This document shows, in pieces, positions 14,601 to 28,288 of a DNA stretch of 64,000 nt. This DNA comes from Paraspadella gotoi (lineage: Eukaryota > Animalia > Chaetognatha), in contig CM119268.1 of NCBI GenBank assembly GCA_051294375.1, positions 7,336,861-7,400,860 on the forward strand. The letters are read 5' to 3'. Numbering within the stretch: the first letter of the stretch is position 1; each line of letters begins with the position of its first letter. The position numbers and the translations under genes were made by a program. The notes under the pieces are model-generated. The model made no database searches and was not told the DNA's origin. It worked only from the letters and a program-made list of their open reading frames with translations.

Positions 14601-15146
14601 CCCCCCCCCCGCAACGCCCCCTCCGTTTCGTTTATCACTGTCTCAAATCAATTTTTCGGATCCCTTATTCATTTCCACTNNNNNNNNNNNNNNNNNNNNN
14701 NNNNTTTTTCATTTTTTCTCATGTTGATTTATTTATCTTTCATTTTTTGTTTCTTTTTCTATTCCTTTATTTTCTTTCTTACATTCTTTCTTTCTTTCTT
14801 TTCTGTATAACTTTGGATGTCTTGGTGACTATGACTTTTAGAAATAATACAAGAGAGAGAGGAGAGAAAAAGAGAGAGAGTAGGAGAGAGTGAGAGAAAG
14901 AGAGTTTATTTCATAAAACTTGCATCTTTCTTCATTTAAGCCGCCCATGGAAAGAATAAAGTAAATGTTATGTCTCGAACGGGGAAGCCTGAGCTAAGTT
15001 AATAATTTAAAGAGATAGTCATATTTCTGTATTTACTAAATTAATGACTTGATAAATATATTATTAAATCGGCCAAGACTGAAAAAAAGAAAAAATACAA
15101 TGATGTTAATGGATATCATGAGATGATGATGATGATGATGATGATC

Positions 15147-15192
<46 letters not shown>

Positions 15193-15914
15193 CGACGACG
15201 ACGATGCTCATATCCACTCCGCCCGTGACCTCAAAGTTCGGATCGATCCTGACCCGCTAAAAAAAAAAGAAAAAAAAAAGAAAAAAGAAAAGCTCACTAT
15301 CGAACTCATTGAACCCGAAGGGAAAATTTTTTAAAAAAATTCGTAGAAAACCAGAAAAATCTTTTTGACCATCCCTTTAAAATGAAGGACGAAGTATTTC
15401 CCTGACTAAATTCACGGACTAAACTCACAATCACAGAAAGATCAAATTGATAACTGAGGAAATATTTCTTGAATTTATAACTCTCGGAAAATCTTATGAA
15501 AATCCAAGATATAAACAAATTGTAAACGCCAGGAATTTCAAAAAGAATGAATAGAAAAATATTATGGGAGCGGAAATTCGTTGGCTTTCATCGGTCTCTC
15601 TGTTGGACATGGGGCGTCGATGTGAAAATCACCGTAATTAACCGGTTAAAAGTTTCTTTTTTTTTTATATAAGTTTGTTGTTGTTTTGGTTGTCGTTGTC
15701 GATTTTCGCCTTCCGACTCAAACCAAAGAAGAAGAGACTTTTATGGAGGCAGAAACTCTCCTCCCTTTTTATGAATGTGTAAATAAGGATTCAATTTGTT
15801 TCAAATAAACATAATTTATGTGTATATAAAAACAGAATAAACTTTAAATTTATGTATTCAAATTAGAGGAGTCAAAAGACTAAATTGAATCTAAAATAGA
15901 TGTATAATATATAT

Positions 15915-15975
<61 letters not shown>

Positions 15976-17159
15976 TATGAATCGATAAGAGAGAGAAAAG
16001 GGATGGGAGGATAACCGCCGCCCGTTTGATTTGAAAGACCTTGACTCAAGGCGAAGCAGTTAAAAGATCTGAAGAAAATCTATCGATTAAAAAATATTGA
16101 GATGAATAAAAAAAATTTAAAAGGATTATTAGCATCGGCGATGCTTTGTGATATCTGTTTTTAATTTTGGTTCAAAACATCATATATCATATGTTTGTTT
16201 GTCTAAATGTGAATAATGTTTTAAATAAAAACTTGCAACAATTTGGGTATAAGTTCCCTGTAAACATTTTTGCCTCTCCGTTAGATGAAGAAAAAGGTTT
16301 CCGGTGAATTTTAAAGTGACTTTTAGTTAAACTGATCTTGAACTAGCTTAGGTCTCAAACTGACGCTTTAGACCTTCAGCATCGAAAAACAACTAATTCT
16401 AAATTGGGTCGAATTCAAAAAATGACTGACTGGGAAGAGAGGCGATGTGTTAAAAGTAGCTCTGTGTGGGGGGGAGGGGGCGGGATGGTAGAGCGATCGC
16501 CGAGCCCTAATTGCAATCACAACGGCCATCTCGTCAGCAAACATAACTATCAAAACTGATTGCAATCATTACATCACATACATGATTTAGACTGATATTA
16601 TCTCTGAATTTGTCCTTATATAATTAATGTATAAGTCATAGGTCATAGGTCCTCAAGCCGACCGTTTCTGTTAGCTCATTGCAAACACGATTACGATTTC
16701 GAATTTCCCAGAAACTGCGATAATTTCACTGCGATCATGAATTCGATTTCAACCGCGATCACTATTTTAATCTCTGTGGGGAAGAAAGCGAGCGGATTTA
16801 TCACTAAATCCGTTAAATCACTAAATCACTCGGATTCGATGTTAAGGGCCAAATTGGGGATTGTGAGATGAACGACCCCGTCCTCGACCAAAAATATGTT
16901 TTTTTTTGGTTTGTTTGTTTTTGAACAAGTTATCTTCTTGTAAGAGGGATGCAGGTCTTAATCCCTGTCGTGGGCAAGATAGCAGTTTTTTTTATTTAAG
17001 GTTGAACTAAGATGGATAATTTCTGACACGCATAACATTTAATAAAATTGCTTACATAAGTTCTCCATTAAAAGTTAAATCTCTTGCAATCATCTTTTTT
17101 CCTCGAAACATTTTATTTTCGATACGCGGTGAGGTTTCGACCTCTTGAAGTTAGAGGCT

Positions 17160-17408
17160 ATTCAAATGGTTCTCCCAAAGACGGAATAAGTTCTTTTTTT
17201 TTTAAAAAAGTTTTGCATCTTGTTTTTTTAGTTTTCTCGAAAAGAGGATTGAGTCAACGAAACGAAAAAGACGACATTCCTATCTTCGCCAAGGCACTCA
17301 CACAAAGAATCGCAGTTTAAAAATAATAAGAAAAAAAGAAATAAAAGAAAAAAAAAGATATAAAAACAAGGCAGTGTAAAATTGGCGCGGGAAGAAGAGA
17401 GAGAGAGC

Positions 17409-17485
<77 letters not shown>

Positions 17486-18918
17486 AAGTGAGAGAGATGA
17501 GAGCTACAGGGCGTAGACTGGGAATATCCGATTTACTGAAATTTCAAGCCAAGTTTTTTTTCTAAAAGAATAATTTGACCCGGCGTTTTTGTCTCAGTAG
17601 TAGTGATAGTGAGGGTAGTGTAATATAGGGCAGTTCTAGTTGAGCATGTAGTCGAAGGGAGCTGGGGTCATACCAATGTAACGCGCCGTCCGGATTAATT
17701 TATGTATTTTATTTTTATTTTCTTTTCTTTTTTATCGTTAAGATTTGCCTGATTAGGTTTATATCATACATTTTTTTTAAAAAGTTAACAGAATCATCAC
17801 GCATTGAATATCGTCGAATTCGGTATTTAGTACATTGTTACAAATAATACTTTTACAATCAACCTATCTATCAATTTAACGCAACTAATACTGTGGTTTT
17901 CTGCTCAACCTTCTTTCGCTATTCTAACGTCCGTTGTAAGAATGCACGGGGCAAAGTCTAGGATTTCTGATAATTACAAGGGATCGACAAGGAACGGAAA
18001 TTGATGGTTATGGAATGAGAAAGAAGGCAAAGGAGGAAGGAGAAGGGATTGAGTGAAAGGCGTGATCGTGATTTCAGCAGATCTTCGATCTCTGTAACTC
18101 TGTCCGTACGGTTCGTTTCGCGGACTCAGACCGGAGGACAAAGGGAAAGGTTATGAATGTTGGTCGGCGGAGCGGAGGGAATTGAACAAGCGTCACGAAA
18201 AAACGAAGTCTCTATGTATCGCTTGGTTTTTTGTTAAATAACGTACAACGTATCTTCTTATGGAGATTTTTTTTTTTTCTTTTTCTCTTGTTTTGTTTTC
18301 ATTAACCAGCTTTTTCTATTTTGTTTCCAATTTTTGACAAAAAACTCGTATCGCCTTTGGAAACACGAATGCTTTCTCTCTCAGCCTGCAGACGATTGAG
18401 TCAGAAATTAGGTTAATTGAAAAAAAAATAATAATAATACAAAAAACTTTGAGCGAATGAAGTCAGATAAAAGATGGACGTGCTGTAATTCCTTCTTATT
18501 TTTGTGTTAATTTCATTTTGCAGATAAACTTTGGAACATTTTAAATATCTAGCTGTAAACATTTAAATATCTAGGCAGTAAACCAATAAATTGACAGAGG
18601 CAAAAAAAAACAATAAAAACGGAGGCGTAGTTTTTAAAATTACGAAACCGATTTTTTCGCTCTACATCATTAATCGTCGTTCGCAATCAAACGATATCAA
18701 CGTAACAACAACAATCATGCGACGCCCGTCAGCTTCACCAGCAGTCGAGATCGAAAAGAACGAAGAATATAAAATTCACCTGATAATCGTCTGCTTGCAT
18801 AATTTTCACTTCTTTCTATATGCGGGACGAAGCTTGGGAGAGACAATCATGCTAATCGAAACACGTGGAAGAGAAGAAGAGTGCGGGATAGGGGAGAAAG
18901 AAAGAAAGAAAGAAAGAA

Positions 18919-18957
<39 letters not shown>

Positions 18958-18963
18958 GAAGAT

Positions 18964-18998
<35 letters not shown>

Positions 18999-19391
18999 AA
19001 AGAAAGAATAGAAGATAAGAAGAAGAAAGAAAGAAAAGAGAAAAGAGAAAAAAGAAAGAAATAAACCGCTAAACCTCAATAACGTAACAACAGCGATGAA
19101 AGACAAGCCGACGCAGGAACCGGACGGAAATTTAAANNNNNNNNNNNNNNNNNNNNNNNNNAAAATGTTTCTCCCAAGACCGATAAGGTTCTTTTTTTTT
19201 TAAACAATGTTTTGCATCTTTTTTTTTTATTTCTCGAAAAGAGGATTGAGTCAACAACGAAAAGACGACATTCCTTCTCGAAAAAAGGATAAACAAAAGA
19301 TCGAGTTTAAAAAATAAGAAAAAAAGAATAAAGGAAAAAAAAGATATAAAAACAAGCAGTGTAATATATTGGCCGGGAGAGAGGAGAGAGA

Positions 19392-19476
<85 letters not shown>

Positions 19477-20799
19477 GAGAGATGAGAGACTACAGGGCGT
19501 AGACGTGGGAATATCCGATTTACTGAAATTCAAGCCAAGTTTATTTTTCTATAAAGACAATTTGCCGGCGTTTTTGTCTCAGTAGTAGTGATAGTAAGGG
19601 TAGTGTATATAGGGCAGTTCTATTGAGCATTAGTCGAAAGGAGCTGGGGTCATACAATGTAACCGCCGTCGAGATTAAATTAGTATTTTATTTATTTCTT
19701 TTCTTTTTATCGTAAGAATTTGCCAGATTATGTTTATCTCATAATTTATTTTTAAAAGTTAACCGAATCAACGCATTGAATATCGCGAATTCGGTATTTA
19801 GGTACATTGTTACAATAATACTTTACAATCAACCATCTATCAATTTAACGAACTAATACTTGGTTTTCTCAATCACCTTCTTTCGCTATTCTATCCGTTT
19901 AAGAATGCAGCGGGGCAAGTCTAGGATTTCTGAATAATTAAGGGATCGAAGGAACGGAATTGTGGTTTGGAAATGAGAAAGAAGGCAAAGGAGGAGAAGA
20001 AAGGGATGAGTGAAAAGGCGTGGATCGATTTCACGATCTCGATCTCTGATACTCTGTCCGTCGGTCGGTCCGGACAGACCGGACGGACAAAGGGAAGGTT
20101 ATATGTTGGTCGGACGGAGGGATTGACAAGCGTACGAACAAACGAAGTCTCTATGTATCGCTTGGTTTTTTGTTTAAATACGTACAACGTATCTTCTATG
20201 AGATTTTTTTTTTTCGTTTTCTTGTTTTGTTTTCATTAACCAGCTTTTTCTATTTTGTTTTCATTTTTGACAAAAACTCGTATCGCCTTTGGAAACACGA
20301 ATCTTCTCTTCTCGCCTCAGACGATGAGTCAGAAATTAGGTTAATTGAAAAAAAAATAATAATAACAAAAAAACTTTGAGCGAATGAGTCAGAAAAAAGA
20401 TGGACGGCTGGAATTCCTTCTTTATTTTGTGTTAATTCAATTTTGCAGATAAACTTTGAACATTTAAATATCTAGCTGTAAACATTTAAATATCTAGCAG
20501 TAAACAATAAATGACGAGGCCAAAAAAAACAAAAAAACGGAGGTAGTTTTTAAAATTACGAAAACCGATTTTTCGTTACGATCATTATCGTCGTTCCAAT
20601 AAACAATATCAACAGTAAACAACAACATCATCGACGCCGTCAGCTTCACCAGCAGTCGAGATCGAAAGACGAAGAATATAAAATATCACCTGATATCGTC
20701 TGCTCATAATTTTCACTTCTTTCTGATATCGGGACGAAGCTGGGAGAGACAATCATCTAAATCAGAAACACGTGGAAGAGAGAAGAGTCGGGATGGGAG

Positions 20800-20898
<99 letters not shown>

Positions 20899-21010
20899 GA
20901 AAAAGAAAAAAAGAAAGAGAAAAAGAAAAAAAGAAAGAAATAAACCCTAACCTCAATAACGTACAACCGATGAAAGACAAGCCGACCAGGACCACGAAAT
21001 TAAAATCTAA
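17160..21010 (+). repeat. Tandem direct duplication of about 1.9 kb across a 25-N gap (17160-19136 and 19162-21010)
   Basis: Matching ttctcgaaaagaggattgagtcaac, cagggcgtagac...aatatccgatttactgaaatt and aacgaagtctctatgtatcgcttgg in both copies. Confidence 0.93.
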
Positions 21011-21017
21011 TCAACTG

Positions 21018-21114
<97 letters not shown>

Positions 21115-21701
21115 ATTGAAGATAATGACTTTAATGAACCTAGCGAACATAAAAAAAATTGTCTAATTGAAAAATTAAATTCATATTACATATTATAAGC
21201 TGATTGCTAAAGAGACAACATAATTTCACAACATCATGGCCTTATCTACATCATCGACCTAACCGACCCCAGCACCATCAACCGACCCCATCACTATCTA
21301 TATCACCATCATCAAAACATCGACCCCGCGTGTCGACCAGCCGGCGAAAAAAAAAATCGNNNNNNNNNNNNNNNNNNNNNNNNNNNNNNNNNNNNNNNNN
21401 NNNNNNNNNNNNNNNNNNNNNNNNNNNNNNNNNNNNNNNNNNNNNNNNNNNNNNNNNNNNNNNNNNNNNNNNNNNNNNNNNNNNNNNNNNNNNNNNNNNN
21501 NNNNNNNNNNNNNNNNNNNNNNNNNNNNNNNNNNNNNNNNNNNNNNNNNNNNNNNNNTCTCTTTCATCGACTGCGATCATGTGATAGTCCTCATCGCGAC
21601 CAGAGGCCTACCCAGCAACAACGAAACCAACGTTACGCATAAACATTTAACTGATNNNNNNNNNNACGAAAACGACGTCGAAGGATTTGCGGAATCGGTT
21701 T

Positions 21702-21810
21702 TTAGTATGCGGCGGCTGCGGCGGCTGCGGCGGCTACGGCGGCTGCGGCGGCTGTGGCGGCTGTGGCGGCGGCGGCGGCGGGTGCGGCGGTGGCGGAAAC
21801 TTCCAAAGAC
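21702..21810 (-). CDS. Candidate terminal poly-alanine exon
   Basis: Acceptor ttatccaaag|, phase-2 entry. (K)SLEVSATAAPAAAAATAATAAAAAVAAAAAAAAAY then TAA. Isolated GC-rich island, but the acceptor is weak and the local assembly is garbled. Confidence 0.4.
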
Positions 21811-22013
21811 CTTTGGATAAGTTTATATTGGTTTATATCTACGAAAAAAATCAAACAATCAATCGATCAATAAATCTTATCATTCAATGCAATCAAATAA
21901 TCAACCAATCATATCAATCAATCCTTGATTTGTGCTTCTCTCGAAGAATTAGACAAGCGCTCTTGTCATCGAGATGAAATTTGTCAATCAAAATCTCGAG
22001 AAGCTATCAACGT

Positions 22014-22042
22014 TGACGACGACGACGACGACGATGATGATA

Positions 22043-22080
<38 letters not shown>

Positions 22081-22520
22081 CGAATGATGAAGATGAAGTT
22101 GATGATGAAGATGATGATGATCGATGATGATGATGATGATGGATGAGTTGATGATGAAGATGAATGAATGATGATGAATGATGATGATGATGATGATGAT
22201 GATGATGCATGATGATGATCGATGATAATGATGATGAAGATGATGATGTGAAGATGATGATGAAGATGATGATGATGATAAGATGATAGATGATGACGAT
22301 GAATGATGATGATGAATGTTGATGATGAAGATGATGATGATGATGATGAGATGAATGAAGATGATGAGATGATGATGATGATGATGATGATGATGATCGA
22401 TGATGAAATGATGATGATGATGAAGATGATGATGAAGATGATGAATGATGATGATTGATGAATGATGTTGATGATGATGATGATGAAGTTGATGATGATG
22501 ATGATGATGATGATGAATGA
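22014..22520 (+). repeat. Long imperfect (GAC)n/(GAT)n trinucleotide tract
   Basis: Direct inspection. Similar tracts at 15121-15205, 24400-24630 and 59408-59495. Confidence 0.95.
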
Positions 22521-23594
22521 TTACACGTAAGAACAACAAGAATCGGAATGAACTACGAAGAGCAGGAATGAGAATTGTACATTTGTCGCTCTGAAAACGA
22601 ATTGGCATCGATGAAAGGATTTTATTGAAAACTTGACAATTTCTATATTATGTTTATACGAAGTCTGTATTACGACGAACTTCGTATTTTATAATATATA
22701 AAATTCGAACAGTTATAATATACAACAATTTATCATTGCCCGACTTAAAATACTCGACCAGGTATAAAGAGAATCGAGCGAAAAAAAAAGTGGAAGCGTC
22801 TATGCGAAAAGAAAAGAGACTCATTATCAAAATTTCAGGAGTTGTCGTCTTCATCGTCGTCGTCGTCTCTCGTCGTCGTCGTCGTCCGTCGTCGTCTGCC
22901 TCCTGCGTCACCCGCGCAACTCTGTCAACGTTGGCGAATGAAAAAAAAAAAAAAAAAAAAGAGGGAAAATATTTGCCAAAAAAAAAAATAACAAACAAAA
23001 ATAACTCAAGATTCGATGATTCCAAAGTTTCGTTTCCCCTCATATAAAAATGGTCATGTTTTCCAGAAGCTCTTTATTTCAGCTTAAATTCAGAATTACC
23101 ATTAGTTATATTAGTTTTTAGGTTTAAGAATTTAGATTGGGAATTTGGTTGTGGATTATGTTTAGATTATGATTGGGTTATGGTTATGGTTAGGGATTAG
23201 GGCTCAAGGTCGGGAGATGAGGAATAGGTCCCTATAGGATTAGGGTTAAAGGCATTTGTTAGATTTAATGAAATAGGGTTAAAGTTAGAATAAAGCATTT
23301 GGTGGAGACTAAGTGTCTTTTAAGGATCAAATCAAGTTCAGTGCACTTTCGGAAAATAGTGCCTAAAAAATTAGTCCTCGGACTCTCAGAAACTAATACT
23401 TATTTCAAAATTACAATTTTCCGATTGTCAACTTTGATTTCTGGAATTTTGAGGAAATAGACCGGAAGAAACTTGAATGTTTGCTTGTTTTCAAATGTAC
23501 GTAGGTATACAAAGCAAAAATTTGTAAGTTTGAAGTTGTGTGTCATGGCTCGTTATTAAATAGCCGGTCNNNNNNNNNNNNNNNNNNNNNNNNN

Positions 23595-23617
23595 GATAAG
23601 AACAGAAACGAAGAAGA

Positions 23618-23658
<41 letters not shown>

Positions 23659-23831
23659 AGAAAAAAGAAAAAAGAAAGATAAACCTAACCTCAAAAACGT
23701 ACAACCGATAGAAAGACCCGACCAGGGACAACGAAATTAAAAATCTAATCAACTGGAGGAGAGAGAGGAGAAGAGAGAGAGAGAGAGAGAGAGGAGAGAG
23801 GAGAGAGAGAGAGGAGAGGAGAGAGAAGAGC

Positions 23832-23894
<63 letters not shown>

Positions 23895-24370
23895 ATTTGA
23901 GATATGCTTTAATGAACCTACGCAACTAAAAAATTGTCTAATTGAAAAATTAAATTCATATTACATTATTATAAGCTGATTGCTAAAGAGACACACTATT
24001 TCACAACATCATGGCCTTATCACTACATCCATGCCTCCGACCCCAGCACCATCAACCGACCCCATCACTATCTCTATATCACCATCATCAAAACATCGAC
24101 CCCGCGTGTCGACCAGCCGGCGAAACAAAAAAATCGCAGAAACGAATTTAAAACTTGGGACATCTTACGTCTGGTCTGTCTCTCTCTCTCTCTCTCTCTC
24201 TCTTACCTCTCTCTCTCTTCGTCTCTCTCTCTCTCCTCTCTCTCCTCTCTCTCTCTCTTCTCTCTCTCTCTCCTCTTCTTCATCGACTGCGATCATGTTA
24301 TAGTCCTCATCGCGACCAGAGGCCTACCTCACCAAAACGAAACACGTTACGCCATAAACATTTAAACTGA
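23595..24370 (+). repeat. Direct duplicate of about 20830-21655 following a 25-N gap
   Basis: Shared aattgtctaattgaaaaattaaattcatattaca, catcgaccccgcgtgtcgaccagccggcgaaa and catcgactgcgatcatgt. Confidence 0.9.
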
Positions 24371-24584
24371 TCGAGGTTAATGTTTTTGTTCGGAAGAAGA
24401 TGACGATGATGATGATATGATGATGATGATGATGATGAATATGATGATGATGATGATGACGATAATGATGTTGAGTATGTTGATAGAAGAAAGACGAACA
24501 CCCGTGAGATTTAATGATAATGATGATCTGATGACGATGATTATACTTCTGCTGACGACGACGACGACACGACGACGACGATGA

Positions 24585-24617
<33 letters not shown>

Positions 24618-25452
24618 CTGATGATGATCTAGGAGGGGCAAAGTTGCTATGACTTTTCAGTAGAAGATTTGATTGAGAAGAAATTAAAAATTTGAAATAG
24701 AAGCGAGAAAAAGAGGCGTGGCCCACTCCGGCCCCCGGGCCTCAGGCCGCCCCCACTTCCCCGTTGGTTAGCCCAAGTGGTTTAAACGGTTAACACTGAC
24801 CAGATCCAGAAAATTTATGGTCAAAACGAACTGACCAAAAAGGTTGGGCACGGTTGTGAATGCTGTGGTCATTTTGGCAACGTGGTTGTATCTAGTGGAG
24901 GTGTGGTTCTTGTCTTTTAAGTCGTTGTGGTTGTCGTCGTCGTCGTCGTCCCTTCGTTCTTCGAGAAAGAGAAAGAAAAAAAATTAACGAGAAATCATCA
25001 AGAACTAGAGAAAGGAAAATATCATTTCGCCCGAGTTTATTTTTCATTGTGTTGAAAAGAATTGTATTCTTTAAATTTATTCTTTCGACTTTTATCGTTT
25101 AACTTTATGATTTAAACTTTCGACGAGATAACGAAATCGGGACATTCCTCAAATCATCGCCAAATAAACACAGAAGCATCACTTTATGTTTTGTTTTTTT
25201 CATTCATTTGTTAATGTTTGAGAATCTCAAAACGTTTTGTTTGCAAATGAAATTTTGTTTGTTTGCATTCACGCTTTATATGGCATCTTTTCATCTTTTC
25301 ATTACAAACCGAGAAAAAAATATAAAAACTTGAAATATTTTCAACCATGATCTTTTGTTGAAAATTTCCGACCCTGCCGCTAGGTTACATTAGAATTCGA
25401 GTTAGGATCAGAAAAATCCAACAAAAGAACATCGCAAAGTTACTTTACTCAC

Positions 25453-25536
25453 TTGAATTCCATGGAGTCGAAGGAGCGACCGGAAATGGAAATCGCCGAG
25501 TCTGAGTCGGGAGACGTGGCCGGAAAAGATGGGGGT
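25453..25536 (-). CDS. Probable further exon of the extension
   Basis: Long C/T-rich tract plus cag acceptor, gtgagt donor, 84 nt, phase 2/2 matching the upstream GG| donor. (G)PPSFPATSPDSDSAISISGRSFDSMEF(K). Confidence 0.65.
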
Positions 25537-27571
25537 CTGCCGGATGGAGGGGGGAGTGGAAGGGAAAAGGGAAGGGAGTGTAGAAGAGGGGAAGATGAGA
25601 CGGGGGGAAAAAGGATAAGGAGAAGGGTGAAGAGACAGGAGTGGACGTACAGGAAGCCAGGTATTCAAGGATTAGCTTAAAGCCTTAATTTTTTGGTTAA
25701 CGAGTTTGGGGATTTTAAGGGAAGTCTTTTTGATATTGGTTTGTTAAAAAAAAGGTTTATTTTTGAGGAAATATAAACAAATTAGTGATTAGATATTCTC
25801 TTCAATTCTTTATAACGTCAAAGCGAAATCGAAAGAAAAAATAAATTTAGTTTAGTAACAACTTTCGATATTAATACTTGATTTTTATATTTTTACATAC
25901 ATATATAAAAAGCGATAACTAATATTTAAATAATATTGCTATAGACTCCCCTTAACACTCTTTCGGGAAAAATGGGTACACTCCAACCCTTCGCATATGA
26001 TTTCGGGACTTGAGAAATATTAAAGGACAACTAAAATCGAAACAGGAATTATAAAAGAAAAAAAGTTAATACTACAAAATGCAAATGAACCGAATGAACG
26101 ATTTACTCGCATTTTGGATGAAAGGAGCGACTCGGATCGGGATAAGCACCACGAGTATCGAGAAACATTTTTATTCATTCGTTTCTTAATTATTTTTTAT
26201 GTTTTCGGCTTATTAAAAGAACACAATGTCTCTGATACCGTAGTGCCATCCATCTCTACCAAGATAATATTCACCGTTAAAGAGTCAAACGTCGAAAGTG
26301 AACGATAAAAATCGAGTGAAGACTTTTTCTTTCTTTCTCGTCCCATATTTTTTTTTTTCGTTTAGATACATTGTGCCAATGAAAAAAAGAATAAATATTC
26401 CCTCAAAATGGATATAATTTGACCAGTGGCTCGCATTCTCCGAATCTGTTAAATCAGGCTTCTATTCAGGTTCTATTAGGTTCCGTTGAATATTGACAGC
26501 GAACGATGAGAAAAATTGGATTAAAAGATTAAAAAAACTATGAGAATAATAAAGAGAGGGGAAAATATGAGACTTTTTTTAAAAAAAAGCTGCAATTCCC
26601 GAAAAGTAAAAAAAAAAAAAAGAAAAAAATTAATGAGATAAGGGGATCGGCCCGAATCAAAAGACGATCTGAATGCCAGCCACTGTCAGAGTGTGTTTGT
26701 TTATGTCGCCCGCCTTTTGGTACGAGATGCTTTTTACGTCTGTGTTTGTGAACCGTAATTGTCGAAACGACTTAAATAATGCGCGCGAGATGCCAGTGCT
26801 ACTCTGCCTTACTTTGCCCTCAAGTGAGCGTAGAGTAAGATAAGAAAAACCTTCCCCCCCCGCCCCCCGTTCTCCACCCGGATGATATGTCGTGGTTTAC
26901 GCAACATTCGCCGTGCAAAAAGAAAAAAAGAAGAAAATCGAAAATAACTTCTAATCGACTTTGAACTTTTTGAAGACAAGGAAATCTTGATTTAAAAATA
27001 AAAAAGCGCGAGGGATTTTTTTTTTCGGTCTATGGAACAGCCACAAAAAGCTCAAAAAAGGTAATAATGTTCCACCCAAATACAAAAACCATGTATATAT
27101 AGTTATTAAAAAAAATATAAAAAGCCATTTTGAAATGACTTATATGCAGCGAGGAAGCATTTTCCCCTCGGTTTTAAGGCTTAAGACTTAAAATCCTTTT
27201 TTATGGGGATTTTATTGGATTTTAAGGAGATTTTGATTCTTTTTTTTTTTTTAGCTTTGAAGGGAGACGGCAGCGCAACAGAAAAATGGATGGGGAGAAC
27301 TTCTGCGTCTAATTTTCTATTTTGTGGCTAATTACTCTTAAAGTTAAAAACAAGGAATCATGCCGGAATTTTCTTTTTTTCAAAAAGACAGCGGTTTTTG
27401 AATTGTAAAGAGTGGTTTCATTCGTATTTTAAAATAATTTGGTCGTGAGGCTCTTAAAGGTACATATCTAAATTTATTCGACTTAAATAGAACCACTCGA
27501 TACTATTCAGGTTATTCCACTTTATCCTAATCACTCGATACGAATCGCGATGCTTTTTTTTTCTTTTTTAC

Positions 27572-28288
27572 CCCTTGAACGCAAGAGGCGAAATGACGCA
27601 AGGCGCCTCTTGTTCGTTTTCGTCTTCGTCCGGCGTCCAACCGGTGGGCGTATCCGCCGGAAAGACGTCATAAGGTCGCCGGTCGCGAGGGTCCGTCGGT
27701 CGATCAGGCCGCCGCGTTGGTTGCCCAGTTTTGTGGTCCGTGGGTCCGTCCGTCCGTCTAGTCTCCTTCGCCCCGGACGGCTTGATATGCTCGATCCTCA
27801 TCGGTCGTCCAACGCCGACTCGCCCGTTGGCGACGGGTCCGTTGGGCCGGGTCTTCGCCTCCTCCCTTCCCGTCGGCGGCAGACCCTCGAACACCTCGTC
27901 GTCCGCGCCGACATCCTCCAGCAACGGCGCGCTGCTCCGCATCCTTCGCATCTCCGAAGACTCGACGCGAATCCTGGCGAATGACTCGCGGACAAAGTCG
28001 CTGGCGGCGGAAGCGGTGGAGGCGTTCGCCGCCGAGACGAACTCCGCCCCCGGCGGGCTGACGGGAGCAGAGACGGGCAGGTGTTGACGAGCGGGCAGGG
28101 AGAGGAAGGCCGCGCCGGAGCGGGCGGGAGGCGGGGAGGTGGAGAACAAGGCGGTGATCGGATGAGGTTTGGGGCTGAAGCCGGGGCTGTGTCCGCCGCT
28201 GCCGCTGCGGCGGCGGATCGAGTAAGGAATGGATTCGGAAGAGGCTGACCGAGATCGAGGGGTCAGACCCAGAGGGCTCAGAGACGCC
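27572..28288 (-). CDS. Large Ser/Pro/Arg-rich exon of the C-terminal extension
   Basis: GC-rich open frame that includes track ORF 27568..28149. The acceptor aaaag| at 28289 gives the phase-2 entry required by the previous exon: ASLSPLGLTPRSRSASSESIPYSIRRRSGSGG...PCVISPLAFKG. It ends either at TAA 27568-27570 or at donor GG|gtaaaa. The acceptor is A-rich and weak. Confidence 0.75.

Noticed and set aside
16940-16990. tRNA/SINE B-box-like gcaggtcttaatccctg
   Set aside because: No A box or cloverleaf can be built; the match is too weak.
27550-28087. Plus-strand ORFs 27550..27984 and 27731..28087
   Set aside because: They are antisense shadows of the GC-rich minus-strand exon, with no independent splice or homology support.
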